The notes under the pieces: generated by a model
Seen by the model: the letters and a program-made list of their open reading frames with translations, nothing else
What the model was told of the DNA's origin: nothing
Databases searched by the model: none
Assembly (NCBI RefSeq): GCF_009914755.1
Contig: NC_060941.1
Source: the human T2T-CHM13v2.0 reference genome, Homo sapiens
Direction: 5' to 3' (one strand)
Length of the DNA: 64,000 nucleotides
Shown here: one piece after another, positions 26,701 through 38,700 of the stretch
How positions within the stretch are numbered: the first letter of the stretch is position 1
Layout: every line of letters starts with the position of its first letter
Translations under genes and position numbers: made by a program

Positions 26701-29700
26701 TTGGTGACGACTGAGTTTAACTCACAGAGCTGAACATTCCTTTGGATGGAGCAGTTTCGAAACACACTATTTGTAGAATGTGCAAGTGGATATTTGGGCC
26801 TCTCTGAGGATTTCGTTGGAAACGGGATAAACCGCACAGAACTAAACAGAAGCATTCTCAGAACCTTCTTCGTGATGTTTGCATTCAACTCACAGTGTTG
26901 AACCTTTCTTTGATAGCTCAGGTTTGAAACGGTCTTTCTGTAGAAACTGCAAGTAGATATTTGGACCTCTCTGAGGATTTCGTTGGAAACGGGATAACCC
27001 GCACAGAACTAAAACAGAAGCATTCTCAGAACCCTCTTCGTGATGTTTGCATTCAACTCACAGTGCTGAAACTTTCTTTGATAGTTCAGCTTTGAAACAC
27101 TCTTTTTGTAGAAACTGCAAGTGGATATTTGGTCCTCTCTGAGGATTTCGTTGGAAACGGGATAAACTGCACAGAACTAAACAGAAGCATTCTCAGAACC
27201 TTCTTCGTGATGTCTGCATTCAACTCACAGTGTGGAACCTTTCTTTGATAGTTCAGGTTTGAAACACTCTTTTTGTAGAAACTGCAAGGGGATAATTGCA
27301 CTCTTTGAGGAGTACCGTAGTAAAGGAAATAACTTCCTATAAAAAGAAGACAGAAGCTTTCTCAGAAAATTTTTTGGGATGATTGAGTTGAACTCACAGA
27401 GCTGAGCATTCCTTGCGATGTAGCAGTTTAGAAACACACTTTCTGCAGAATCTGCAAGTGCATATTTGGACCTCTGTGAGAAATTCGTTGGAAACGGGAT
27501 AATTTCAGCTGACTAAACAGAAGCAGTCTCAGAATCTTCTTTGTGATGTTTGCATTCAAATCCCCGAGTTGAACTTTCCTTTCAAAGTTCACGTTTGAAA
27601 CACTCTTTTTGCAGGATCTACAAGTGGATATTTGGACCACTCTGTGTCCTTCGTTCGAAACGGGTATATCTTCACATGACATCTAGACAGAAGCATTCTC
27701 AGAAGCTTCTCTGTGATGACTGCATTCAACTCACGGAGTTGAACACTCCTTTTGAGAGCGCAGTTTTGAAACTCTCTTTCTGTGGCATCTGCAAGGGGAC
27801 ATGTAGACCTCTTTGAAGATTTCGTTGGAAACGGAATCATCTTCACATAAAAACTACACAGATGCATTCTCAGGAACTTTTTGGTGATGTTTGTATTCAA
27901 CTCCCAGAGTTGAACTTTCCTTTGGAAAGAGCAGCTATGAAACACTCTTTTTCTAGAATCTGCAAGTGGACGTTTGGAGGGCTTTGTGGTTTGTGGTGGA
28001 AAAGGAAATATCTTCACCTAAATACTAGATAGAAGCATTCTCAGAAACTGCTTTGTGATGATTGCATTCACCTCACAGAGTTGAACATTCCTATTGATAG
28101 AGCAGTTTGGAAACACTCTTGTTGTGGAATGTGCAAGTGGAGATTTGGAGCGCTTTGAGGCCTATGGTAGTAAAGGGAATAGCTTCATAGAAAAACTAGA
28201 CAGAAGCATTCTCAGAAAATACTTTGTGATGATTGAGTTTAACTCACAGAGCTGAACATTCCTTTGGATGGAGCAGGTTTGAGACACACTTTTTGTAGAA
28301 TCTACAAGTGGATATTTGGACCTCTCTGAGGATTTCGTTGGAAACGGGATAACTGCACCTAACTAAACGGAAGCATTCTCAGAAACTTCTTGGTGATGTT
28401 TGCATTCAAATGCCAGAGTTGAACCTTCCTTTGATAGTTCAGGTTTGAAACACTCTTTTTGTAGGATCTGCAAGTGGATATTTGGACCACTCTGTGGCCT
28501 TCGTTCGAAACGGGTATATCTTCGCATAAAATCTAGACAGAAGCCTTCTCAGAAACTTCTCTGTGATGATTGCATTCAACTCACAGAGTTGAACCCTCCT
28601 ATGGATAGAGCAGTGTTGAAACTCTCTTTTTGTGGAATCTGCAAGTGGATATGTGGACCTCTGCGAAGATGTCTTTGGAAACGGGAATATCTTCACATAA
28701 AAACTAAACAGAAGCATTCTCAGAAACTTCTCTGTGATGTTTGTGTTCAACTCCCAGAGTTTCACATTGCTTTTCATAGAGTAGTTCTGAAACATGCTTT
28801 TCGTAGTGTCTACAAGTGGACATTTGGAGCGCTTTCAGGCCTGTGGTGGAAAACGAATTATGGTCACATAAAAACTGGAGAGAAGCATTGTCAGAAACTT
28901 CTTTGTGATGATTGCATTCAACTCACAGAGTTGAAGGTTCCTTTTCAAAGAGCAGTTTCCAATCACTCTTTCTGTGGAATCTGCAAGTGGATATTTGGAC
29001 CTATTTTGAAGATTTCGTTGGAAACGGGAGAATCTTCACAGGAAAGCTAAACAGAAGCATTCTCAGAAACTTCTTTGTGATGCTTGCATTCAACTCACAG
29101 AGTTGAACTTTCCTTTCGAGAGAGAAGCTTTGAAACACTCTTTTTCCAGAATCTGCAAGTGGACATTTGGAGGGCTTTGAGGCCTGTGGTGGAAAAGGAA
29201 TTATCTTCCCGTAAAAGCTAGATAGAAGCATTCTCAGAAACTACTTTGTGATGATTGCATTCAAGTCACAGAGTTGAACATTCCCTTTGACAGAGCAGTT
29301 TGGAAACTCTCTTTGTGTAGAATCTGCAAGTGGAGATATGGACCGCTTTGAGGCCTATGGTAGTAAAGGAAATAGCTTCATATAAAAGCTAGACAGTAGC
29401 ATTCACAGAAAACTCTTGGTGACGACTGAGTTTAACTCACAGAGCTGAACATTCCTTTGGATGGAGCAGTTTCGAAACACACTATTTGTAGAATGTGCAA
29501 GTGGATATTTAGGCCTCTCTGAGGATTTCGTTGGAAACGGGATAAACCGCACAGAACTAAACAGAAGCATTCTCAGAACCTTCTTCGTGATGTTTGCATT
29601 CAACTCACAGTGTTGAACCTTTCTTTGATAGTTCAGGTTTGAAACGGTCTTTCTGTAGAAACTGCAAGTAGATATTTGGACCTCTCTGAGGATTTCGTTG

Positions 29701-32700
29701 GAAACGGGATAACCCGCACAGAACTAAAACAGAAGCATTCTCAGAACCCTCTTCGTGATGTTTGCATTCAACTCACAGTGCTGAACCTTTCTTTGATAGT
29801 TCAGCTTTGAAACACTCTTTTTGTAGAAACTGCAAGTGGATATTTGGTCCTCTCTGAGCATTTCGTTGGAAACGGGATAAACTGCACAGAACTAAACAGA
29901 AGCATTCTCAGAACCTTCTTCGTGATGTCTGCATTCAACTCACAGTGTGGAACCTTTCTTTGATAGTTCAGGTTTGAAACACTCTTTCTGTAGAAACTGC
30001 AAGGGGATAATTGCACTCTTTGAGGAGTACCGTAGTAAAGGAAATAACTTCCTATAAAAAGAAGACAGAAGCTTTCTCAGAAAATTCTTTGGGATGATTG
30101 AGTTGAACTCACAGAGCTGAGCATTCCTTGCGATGTAGCAGTTTAGAAACACACTTTCTGCAGAATCTGCAAGTGCATATTTGGACCTCTGTGAGGAATT
30201 CGTTGGAAACGGGATAATTTCAGCTGACTAAACAGAAGCAGTATCAGAATCTTCTTTGTGATGTTTGCATTCAAATCCCCGAGTTGAACTTTCCTTTCAA
30301 AGTTCACGTTTGAAACACTCTTTTTGCAGGATCTACAAGTGGATATTTGGACCACTCTGTGTCCTTCGTTCGAAACGGGTATATCTTCACATGACATCTA
30401 GACAGAAGCATTCTCAGAAGCTTCTCTGTGATGACTGCATTCAACTCACGGAGTTGAACACTCCTTTTGAGAGCGCAGTTTTGAAACTCTCTTTCTGTGG
30501 CATCTGCAAGGGGACATGTAGACCTCTTTGAAGATTTCGTTGGAAACGGAATCATCTTCACATAAAAACTATACAGATGCATTCTCAGGAACTTTTTGGT
30601 GATGTTTGTATTCAACTCCCAGAGTTGAACTTTCCTTTGGAAAGAGCAGCTATGAAACACTCTTTTTCTAGAATCTGCAAGTGGACGTTTGGAGGGCTTT
30701 GTGGTTTGTGGTGGAAAAGGAAATATCTTCACCTAAATACTAGATAGAAGCATTCTCAGAAACTGCTTTGTGATGATTGCATTCACCTCACAGAGTTGAA
30801 CATTCCTATTGATAGAGCAGTTTGGAAACACTCTTGTTGTGGAATGTGCAAGTGGAGATTTGGAGCGCTTTGAGGCCTATGGTAGTAAAGGGAATAGCTT
30901 CATAGAAAAACTAGACAGAAGCATTCTCAGAAAATACTTTGTGATGATTGAGTTTAACTCACAGAGCTGAACATTCCTTTGGATGGAGCAGGTTTGAGAC
31001 ACACTTTTTGTAGAATCTACAAGTGGATATTTGGACCTCTCTGAGGATTTCGTTGGAAACGCGATAACTGCACCTAACTAAACGGAAGCATTCTCAGAAA
31101 CTTCTTGGTGATGTTTGCATTCAAATCCCAGAGTTGAACCTTCCTTTGATAGTTCAGGTTTGAAACACTCTTTTTGTAGGATCTGCAAGTGGATATTTGG
31201 ACCACTCTGTGGCCTTCGTTCGAAACGGGTATATCTTCGCATAAAATCTAGACAGAAGCCTTCTCAGAAACTTCTCTGTGATGATTGCATTCAACTCACA
31301 GAGTTGAACCCTCCTATGGATAGAGCAGTGTTGAAACTCTCTTTTTGTGGAATCTGCAAGTGGATATGTGGACCTCTCCGAAGATGTCTTTGGAAACGGG
31401 AATATCTTCACATAAAAACTAAACAGAAGCATTCTCAGAAACTTCTCTGTGATGTTTGTGTTCAACTCCCAGAGTTTCACATTGCTTTTCATAGAGTAGT
31501 TCTGAAACATGCTTTTCGTAGTGTCTACAAGTGGACATTTGGAGCGCTTTCAGGCCTGTGGTGGAAAACGAATTATGGTCACATAAAAACTGGAGAGAAG
31601 CATTGTCAGAAACTTCTTTGTGATGATTGCATTCAACTCACAGAGTTGAAGGTTCCTTTTCAAAGAGCAGTTTCCAATCACTCTTTGTGTGGAATCTGCA
31701 AGTGGATATTTGGACCTATTTTGAAGATTTCGTTGGAAACGGGAGAATCTTCACAGGAAAGCTAAACAGAAGCATTCTCAGAAACTTCTTTGTGATGCTT
31801 GCATTCAACTCACAGAGTTGAACTTTCCTTTCGAGAGAGAAGCTTTGAAACACTCTTTTTCCAGAATCTGCAAGTGGACATTTGGAGGGCTTTGAGGCCT
31901 GTGGTGGAAAAGGAATTATCTTCCCGTAAAAGCTAGATAGAAGCATTCTCAGAAACTACTTTGTGATGATTGCATTCAAGTCACAGACTTGAACATTCCC
32001 TTTGACAGAGCAGTTTGGAAACTCTCTTTGTGTAGAATCTGCAAGTGGAGATATGGACCGCTTTGAGGCCTATGGTAGTAAAGGAAATAGCTTCATATAA
32101 AAGCTAGACAGTAGCATTCACAGAAAACTCTTGGTGACGACTGAGTTTAACTCACAGAGCTGAACATTCCTTTGGATGGAGCAGTTTCGAAACACACTAT
32201 TTGTAGAATGTGCAAGTGGATATTTGGGCCTCTCTGAGGATTTCGTTGGAAACGGGATAAACCGCACAGAACTAAACAGAAGCATTCTCAGAACCTTCTT
32301 CGTGATGTTTGCATTCAACTCACAGTGTTGAACCTTTCTTTGATAGCTCAGGTTTGAAACGGTCTTTCTGTAGAAACTGCAAGTAGATATTTGGACCTCT
32401 CTGAGGATTTCGTTGGAAACGGGATAACCCGCACAGAACTAAAACAGAAGCATTCTCAGAACCCTCTTCGTGATGTTTGCATTCAACTCACAGTGCTGAA
32501 CCTTTCTTTGATAGTTCAGCTTTGAAACACTCTTTTTGTAGAAACTGCAAGTGGATATTTGGTCCTCTCTGAGGATTTCGTTGGAAACGGGATAAACTGC
32601 ACAGAACTAAACAGAAGCATTCTCAGAACCTTCTTCGTGATGTCTGCATTCAACTCACAGTGTGGAACCTTTCTTTGATAGTTCAGGTTTGAAACACTCT

Positions 32701-35700
32701 TTCTGTAGAAACTGCAAGGGGATAATTGCACTCTTTGAGGAGTACCGTAGTAAAGGAAATAACTTCCTATAAAAAGAAGACAGAAGCTTTCTCAGAAAAT
32801 TCTTTGGGATGATTGAGTTGAACTCACAGAGCTGAGCATTCCTTGCGATGTAGCAGTTTAGAAACACACTTTCTGCAGAATCTGCAAGTGCATATTTGGA
32901 CCTCTGTGAGGAATTCGTTGGAAACGGGATAATTTCAGCTGACTAAACAGAAGCAGTCTCAGAATCTTCTTTGTGATGTTTGCATTCAAATCCCCGAGTT
33001 GAACTTTCCTTTCAAAGTTCACGTTTGAAACACTCTTTTTGCAGGATCTACAAGTGGATATTTGGACCACTCTGTGTCCTTCGTTCGAAACGGGTATATC
33101 TTCACATGACATCTAGACAGAAGCATTCTCAGAAGCTTCTCTGTGATGACTGCATTCAACTCACGGAGTTGAACACTCCTTTTGAGAGCGCAGTTTTGAA
33201 ACTCTCTTTCTGTGGCATCTGCAAGGGGACATGTAGACCTCTTTGAAGATTTCGTTGGAAACGGAATCATCTTCACATAAAAACTATACAGATGCATTCT
33301 CAGGAACTTTTTGGTGATGTTTGTATTCAACTCGCAGAGTTGAACTTTCCTTTGGAAAGAGCAGCTATGAAACACTCTTTTTCTAGAATCTGCAAGTGGA
33401 CGTTTGGAGGGCTTTGTGGTTTGTGGTGGAAAAGGAAATATCTTCACCTAAATACTAGATAGAAGCATTCTCAGAAACTGCTTTGTGATGATTGCATTCA
33501 CCTCACAGAGTTGAACATTCCTATTGATAGAGCAGTTTGGAAACACTCTTGTTGTGGAATGTGCAAGTGGAGATTTGGAGCGCTTTGAGGCCTATGGTAG
33601 TAAAGGGAATAGCTTCATAGAAAAACTAGACAGAAGCATTCTCAGAAAATACTTTGTGATGATTGAGTTTAACTCACAGAGCTGAACATTCCTTTGGATG
33701 GAGCAGGTTTGAGACACACTTTTTGTAGAATCTACAAGTGGATATTTGGACCTCTCTGAGGATTTCGTTGGAAACGCGATAACTGCACCTAACTAAACGG
33801 AAGCATTCTCAGAAACTTCTTGGTGATGTTTGCATTCAAATGCCAGAGTTGAACCTTCCTTTGATAGTTCAGGTTTGAAACACTCTTTTTGTAGGATCTG
33901 CAAGTGGATATTTGGACCACTCTGTGGCCTTCGTTCGAAACGGGTATATCTTCGCATAAAATCTAGACAGAAGCCTTCTCAGAAACTTCTCTGTGATGAT
34001 TGCATTCAACTCACAGAGTTGAACCCTCCTATGGATAGAGCAGTGTTGAAACTCTCTTTTTGTGGAATCTGCAAGTGGATATGTGGACCTCTCCGAAGAT
34101 GTCTTTGGAAACGGGAATATCTTCACATAAAAACTAAACAGAAGCATTCTCAGAAACTTCTCTGTGATGTTTGTGTTCAACTCCCAGAGTTTCACATTGC
34201 TTTTCATAGAGTAGTTCTGAAACATGCTTTTCGTAGTGTCTACAAGTGGACATTTGGAGCGCTTTCAGGCCTGTGGTGGAAAACGAATTATGGTCACATA
34301 AAAACTGGAGAGAAGCATTGTCAGAAACTTCTTTGGGATGATTGCATTCAACTCACAGAGTTGAAGGTTCCTTTTCAAAGAGCAGTTTCCAATCACTCTT
34401 TGTGTGGAATCTGCAAGTGGATATTTGGACCTATTTTGAAGATTTCGTTGGAAACGGGAGAATCTTCACAGGAAAGCTAAACAGAAGCATTCTCAGAAAC
34501 TTCTTTGTGATGCTTGCATTCAACTCACAGAGTTGAACTTTCCTTTCGAGAGAGAAGCTTTGAAACACTCTTTTTCCAGAATCTGCAAGTGGACATTTGG
34601 AGGGCTTTGAGGCCTGTGGTGGAAAAGGAATTATCTTCCCGTAAAAGCTAGATAGAAGCATTCTCAGAAACTACTTTGTGATGATTGCATTCAAGTCACA
34701 GAGTTGAACATTCCCTTTGACAGAGCAGTTTGGAAACTCTCTTTGTGTAGAATCTGCAAGTGGAGATATGGACCGCTTTGAGGCCTATGGTAGTAAAGGA
34801 AATAGCTTCATATAAAAGCTAGACAGTAGCATTCACAGAAAACTCTGGGTGACGACTGAGTTTAACTCACAGAGCTGAACATTCCTTTGGATGGAGCAGT
34901 TTCGAAACACACTATTTGTAGAATGTGCAAGTGGATATTTGGGCCTCTCTGAGGATTTCGTTGGAAACGGGATAAACCGCACAGAACTAAACAGAAGCAT
35001 TCTCAGAACCTTCTTCGTGATGTGTGCATTCAACTCACAGTGTGGAACCTTTCTTTGATAGCTCAGGTTTGAAACGGTCTTTCTGTAGAAACTGCAAGTA
35101 GATATTTGGACCTCTCTGAGGATTTCGTTGGAAACGGGATAACCCGCACAGAACTAAAACAGAAGCATTCTCAGAACCCTCTTCGTGATGTTTGCATTCA
35201 ACTCACAGTGCTGAACCTTTCTTTGATAGTTCAGCTTTGAAACACTCTTTTTGTAGAAACTGCAAGTGGATATTTGGTCCTCTCTGAGGATTTCGTTGGA
35301 AACGGGATAAACTGCACAGAACTAAACAGAAGCATTCTCAGAACCTTCTTCGTGATGTCTGCATTCAACTCACAGTGTGGAACCTTTCTTTGATAGTTCA
35401 GGTTTGAAACACTCTTTCTGTAGAAACTGCAAGGGGATAATTGCACTCTTTGAGGAGTACCGTAGTAAAGGAAATAACTTCCTATAAAAAGAAGACAGAA
35501 GCTTTCTCAGAAAATTCTTTGGGATGATTGAGTTGAACTCACAGAGCTGAGCATTCCTTGCGATGTAGCAGTTTAGAAACACACTTTCTGCAGAATCTGC
35601 AAGTGCATATTTGGACCTCTGTGAGGAATTCGTTGGAAACGGGATAATTTCAGCTGACTAAACAGAAGCAGTCTCAGAATCTTCTTTGTGATGTTTGCAT

Positions 35701-38700
35701 TCAAATCCCCGAGTTGAACTTTCCTTTCAAAGTTCACGTTTGAAACACTCTTTTTGCAGGATCTACAAGTGGATATTTGGACCACTCTGTGTCCTTCGTT
35801 CGAAACGGGTATATCTTCACATGACATCTAGACAGAAGCATTCTCAGAAGCTTCTCTGTGATGACTGCATTCAACTCACGGAGTTGAACACTCCTTTTGA
35901 GAGCGCAGTTTTGAAACTCTCTTTCTGTGGCATCTGCAAGGGGACATGTAGACCTCTTTGAAGATTTCGTTGGAAACGGAATCATCTTCACATAAAAACT
36001 ATACAGATGCATTCTCAGGAACTTTTTGGTGATGTTTGTATTCAACTCGCAGAGTTGAACTTTCCTTTGGAAAGAGCAGCTATGAAACACTCTTTTTCTA
36101 GAATCTGCAAGTGGACGTTTGGAGGGCTTTGTGGTTTGTGGTGGAAAAGGAAATATCTTCACCTAAATACTAGATAGAAGCATTCTCAGAAACTGCTTTG
36201 TGATGATTGCATTCACCTCACAGAGTTGAACATTCCTATTGATAGAGCAGTTTGGAAACACTCTTGTTGTGGAATGTGCAAGTGGAGATTTGGAGCGCTT
36301 TGAGGCCTATGGTAGTAAAGGGAATAGCTTCATAGAAAAACTAGACAGAAGCATTCTCAGAAAATACTTTGTGATGATTGAGTTTAACTCACAGAGCTGA
36401 ACATTCCTTTGGATGGAGCAGGTTTGAGACACACTTTTTGTAGAATCTACAAGTGGATATTTGGACCTCTCTGAGGATTTCGTTGGAAACGCGATAACTG
36501 CACCTAACTAAACGGAAGCATTCTCAGAAACTTCTTGGTGATGTTTGCATTCAAATCCCAGAGTTGAACCTTCCTTTGATAGTTCAGGTTTGAAACACTC
36601 TTTTTGTAGGATCTGCAAGTGGATATTTGGACCACTCTGTGGCCTTCGTTCGAAACGGGTATATCTTCGCATAAAATCTAGACAGAAGCCTTCTCAGAAA
36701 CTTCTCTGTGATGATTGCATTCAACTCACAGAGTTGAACCCTCCTATGGATAGAGCAGTGTTGAAACTCTCTTTTTGTGGAATCTGCAAGTGGATATGTG
36801 GACCTCTCCGAAGATGTCTTTGGAAACGGGAATATCTTCACATAAAAACTAAACAGAAGCATTCTCAGAAACTTCTCTGTGATGTTTGTGTTCAACTCCC
36901 AGAGTTTCACATTGCTTTTCATAGAGTAGTTCTGAAACATGCTTTTCGTAGTGTCTACAAGTGGACATTTGGAGCGCTTTCAGGCCTGTGGTGGAAAACG
37001 AATTATGGTCACATAAAAACTGGAGAGAAGCATTGTCAGAAACTTCTTTGTGATGATTGCATTCAACTCACAGAGTTGAAGGTTCCTTTTCAAAGAGCAG
37101 TTTCCAATCACTCTTTGTGTGGAATCTGCAAGTGGATATTTGGACCTATTTTGAAGATTTCGTTGGAAACGGGAGAATCTTCACAGGAAAGCTAAACAGA
37201 AGCATTCTCAGAAACTTCTTTGTGATGCTTGCATTCAACTCACAGAGTTGAACTTTCCTTTCGAGAGAGAAGCTTTGAAACACTCTTTTTCCAGAATCTG
37301 CAAGTGGACATTTGGAGGGCTTTGAGGCCTGTGGTGGAAAAGGAATTATCTTCCCGTAAAAGCTAGATAGAAGCATTCTCAGAAACTACTTTGTGATGAT
37401 TGCATTCAAGTCACAGAGTTGAACATTCCCTTTGACAGAGCAGTTTGGAAACTCTCTTTGTGTAGAATCTGCAAGTGGAGATATGGACCGCTTTGAGGCC
37501 TATGGTAGTAAAGGAAATAGCTTCATATAAAAGCTAGACAGTAGCATTCACAGAAAACTCTTGGTGACGACTGAGTTTAACTCACAGAGCTGAACATTCC
37601 TTTGGATGGAGCAGTTTCGAAACACACTATTTGTAGAATGTGCAAGTGGATATTTGGGCCTCTCTGAGGATTTCGTTGGAAACGGGATAAACCGCACAGA
37701 ACTAAACAGAAGCATTCTCAGAACCTTCTTCGTGATGTTTGCATTCAACTCACAGTGTGGAACCTTTCTTTGATAGCTCAGGTTTGAAACGGTCTTTCTG
37801 TAGAAACTGCAAGTAGATATTTGGACCTCTCTGAGGATTTCGTTGGAAACGGGATAACCCGCACAGAACTAAAACAGAAGCATTCTCAGAACCCTCTTCG
37901 TGATGTTTGCATTCAACTCACAGTGCTGAACCTTTCTTTGATAGTTCAGCTTTGAAACACTCTTTTTGTAGAAACTGCAAGTGGATATTTGGTCCTCTCT
38001 GAGGATTTCGTTGGAAACGGGATAAACTGCACAGAACTAAACAGAAGCATTCTCAGAACCTTCTTCGTGATGTCTGCATTCAACTCACAGTGTGGAACCT
38101 TTCTTTGATAGTTCAGGTTTGAAACACTCTTTCTGTAGAAACTGCAAGGGGATAATTGCACTCTTTGAGGAGTACCGTAGTAAAGGAAATAACTTCCTAT
38201 AAAAAGAAGACAGAAGCTTTCTCAGAAAATTCTTTGGGATGATTGAGTTGAACTCACAGAGCTGAGCATTCCTTGCGATGTAGCAGTTTAGAAACACACT
38301 TTCTGCAGAATCTGCAAGTGCATATTTGGACCTCTGTGAGGAATTCGTTGGAAACGGGATAATTTCAGCTGACTAAACAGAAGCAGTCTCAGAATCTTCT
38401 TTGTGATGTTTGCATTCAAATCCCCGAGTTGAACTTTCCTTTCAAAGTTCACGTTTGAAACACTCTTTTTGCAGGATCTACAAGTGGATATTTGGACCAC
38501 TCTGTGTCCTTCGTTCGAAACGGGTATATCTTCACATGACATCTAGACAGAAGCATTCTCAGAAGCTTCTCTGTGATGACTGCATTCAACTCACGGAGTT
38601 GAACACTCCTTTTGAGAGCGCAGTTTTGAAACTCTCTTTCTGTGGCATCTGCAAGGGGACATGTAGACCTCTTTGAAGATTTCGTTGGAAACGGAATCAT

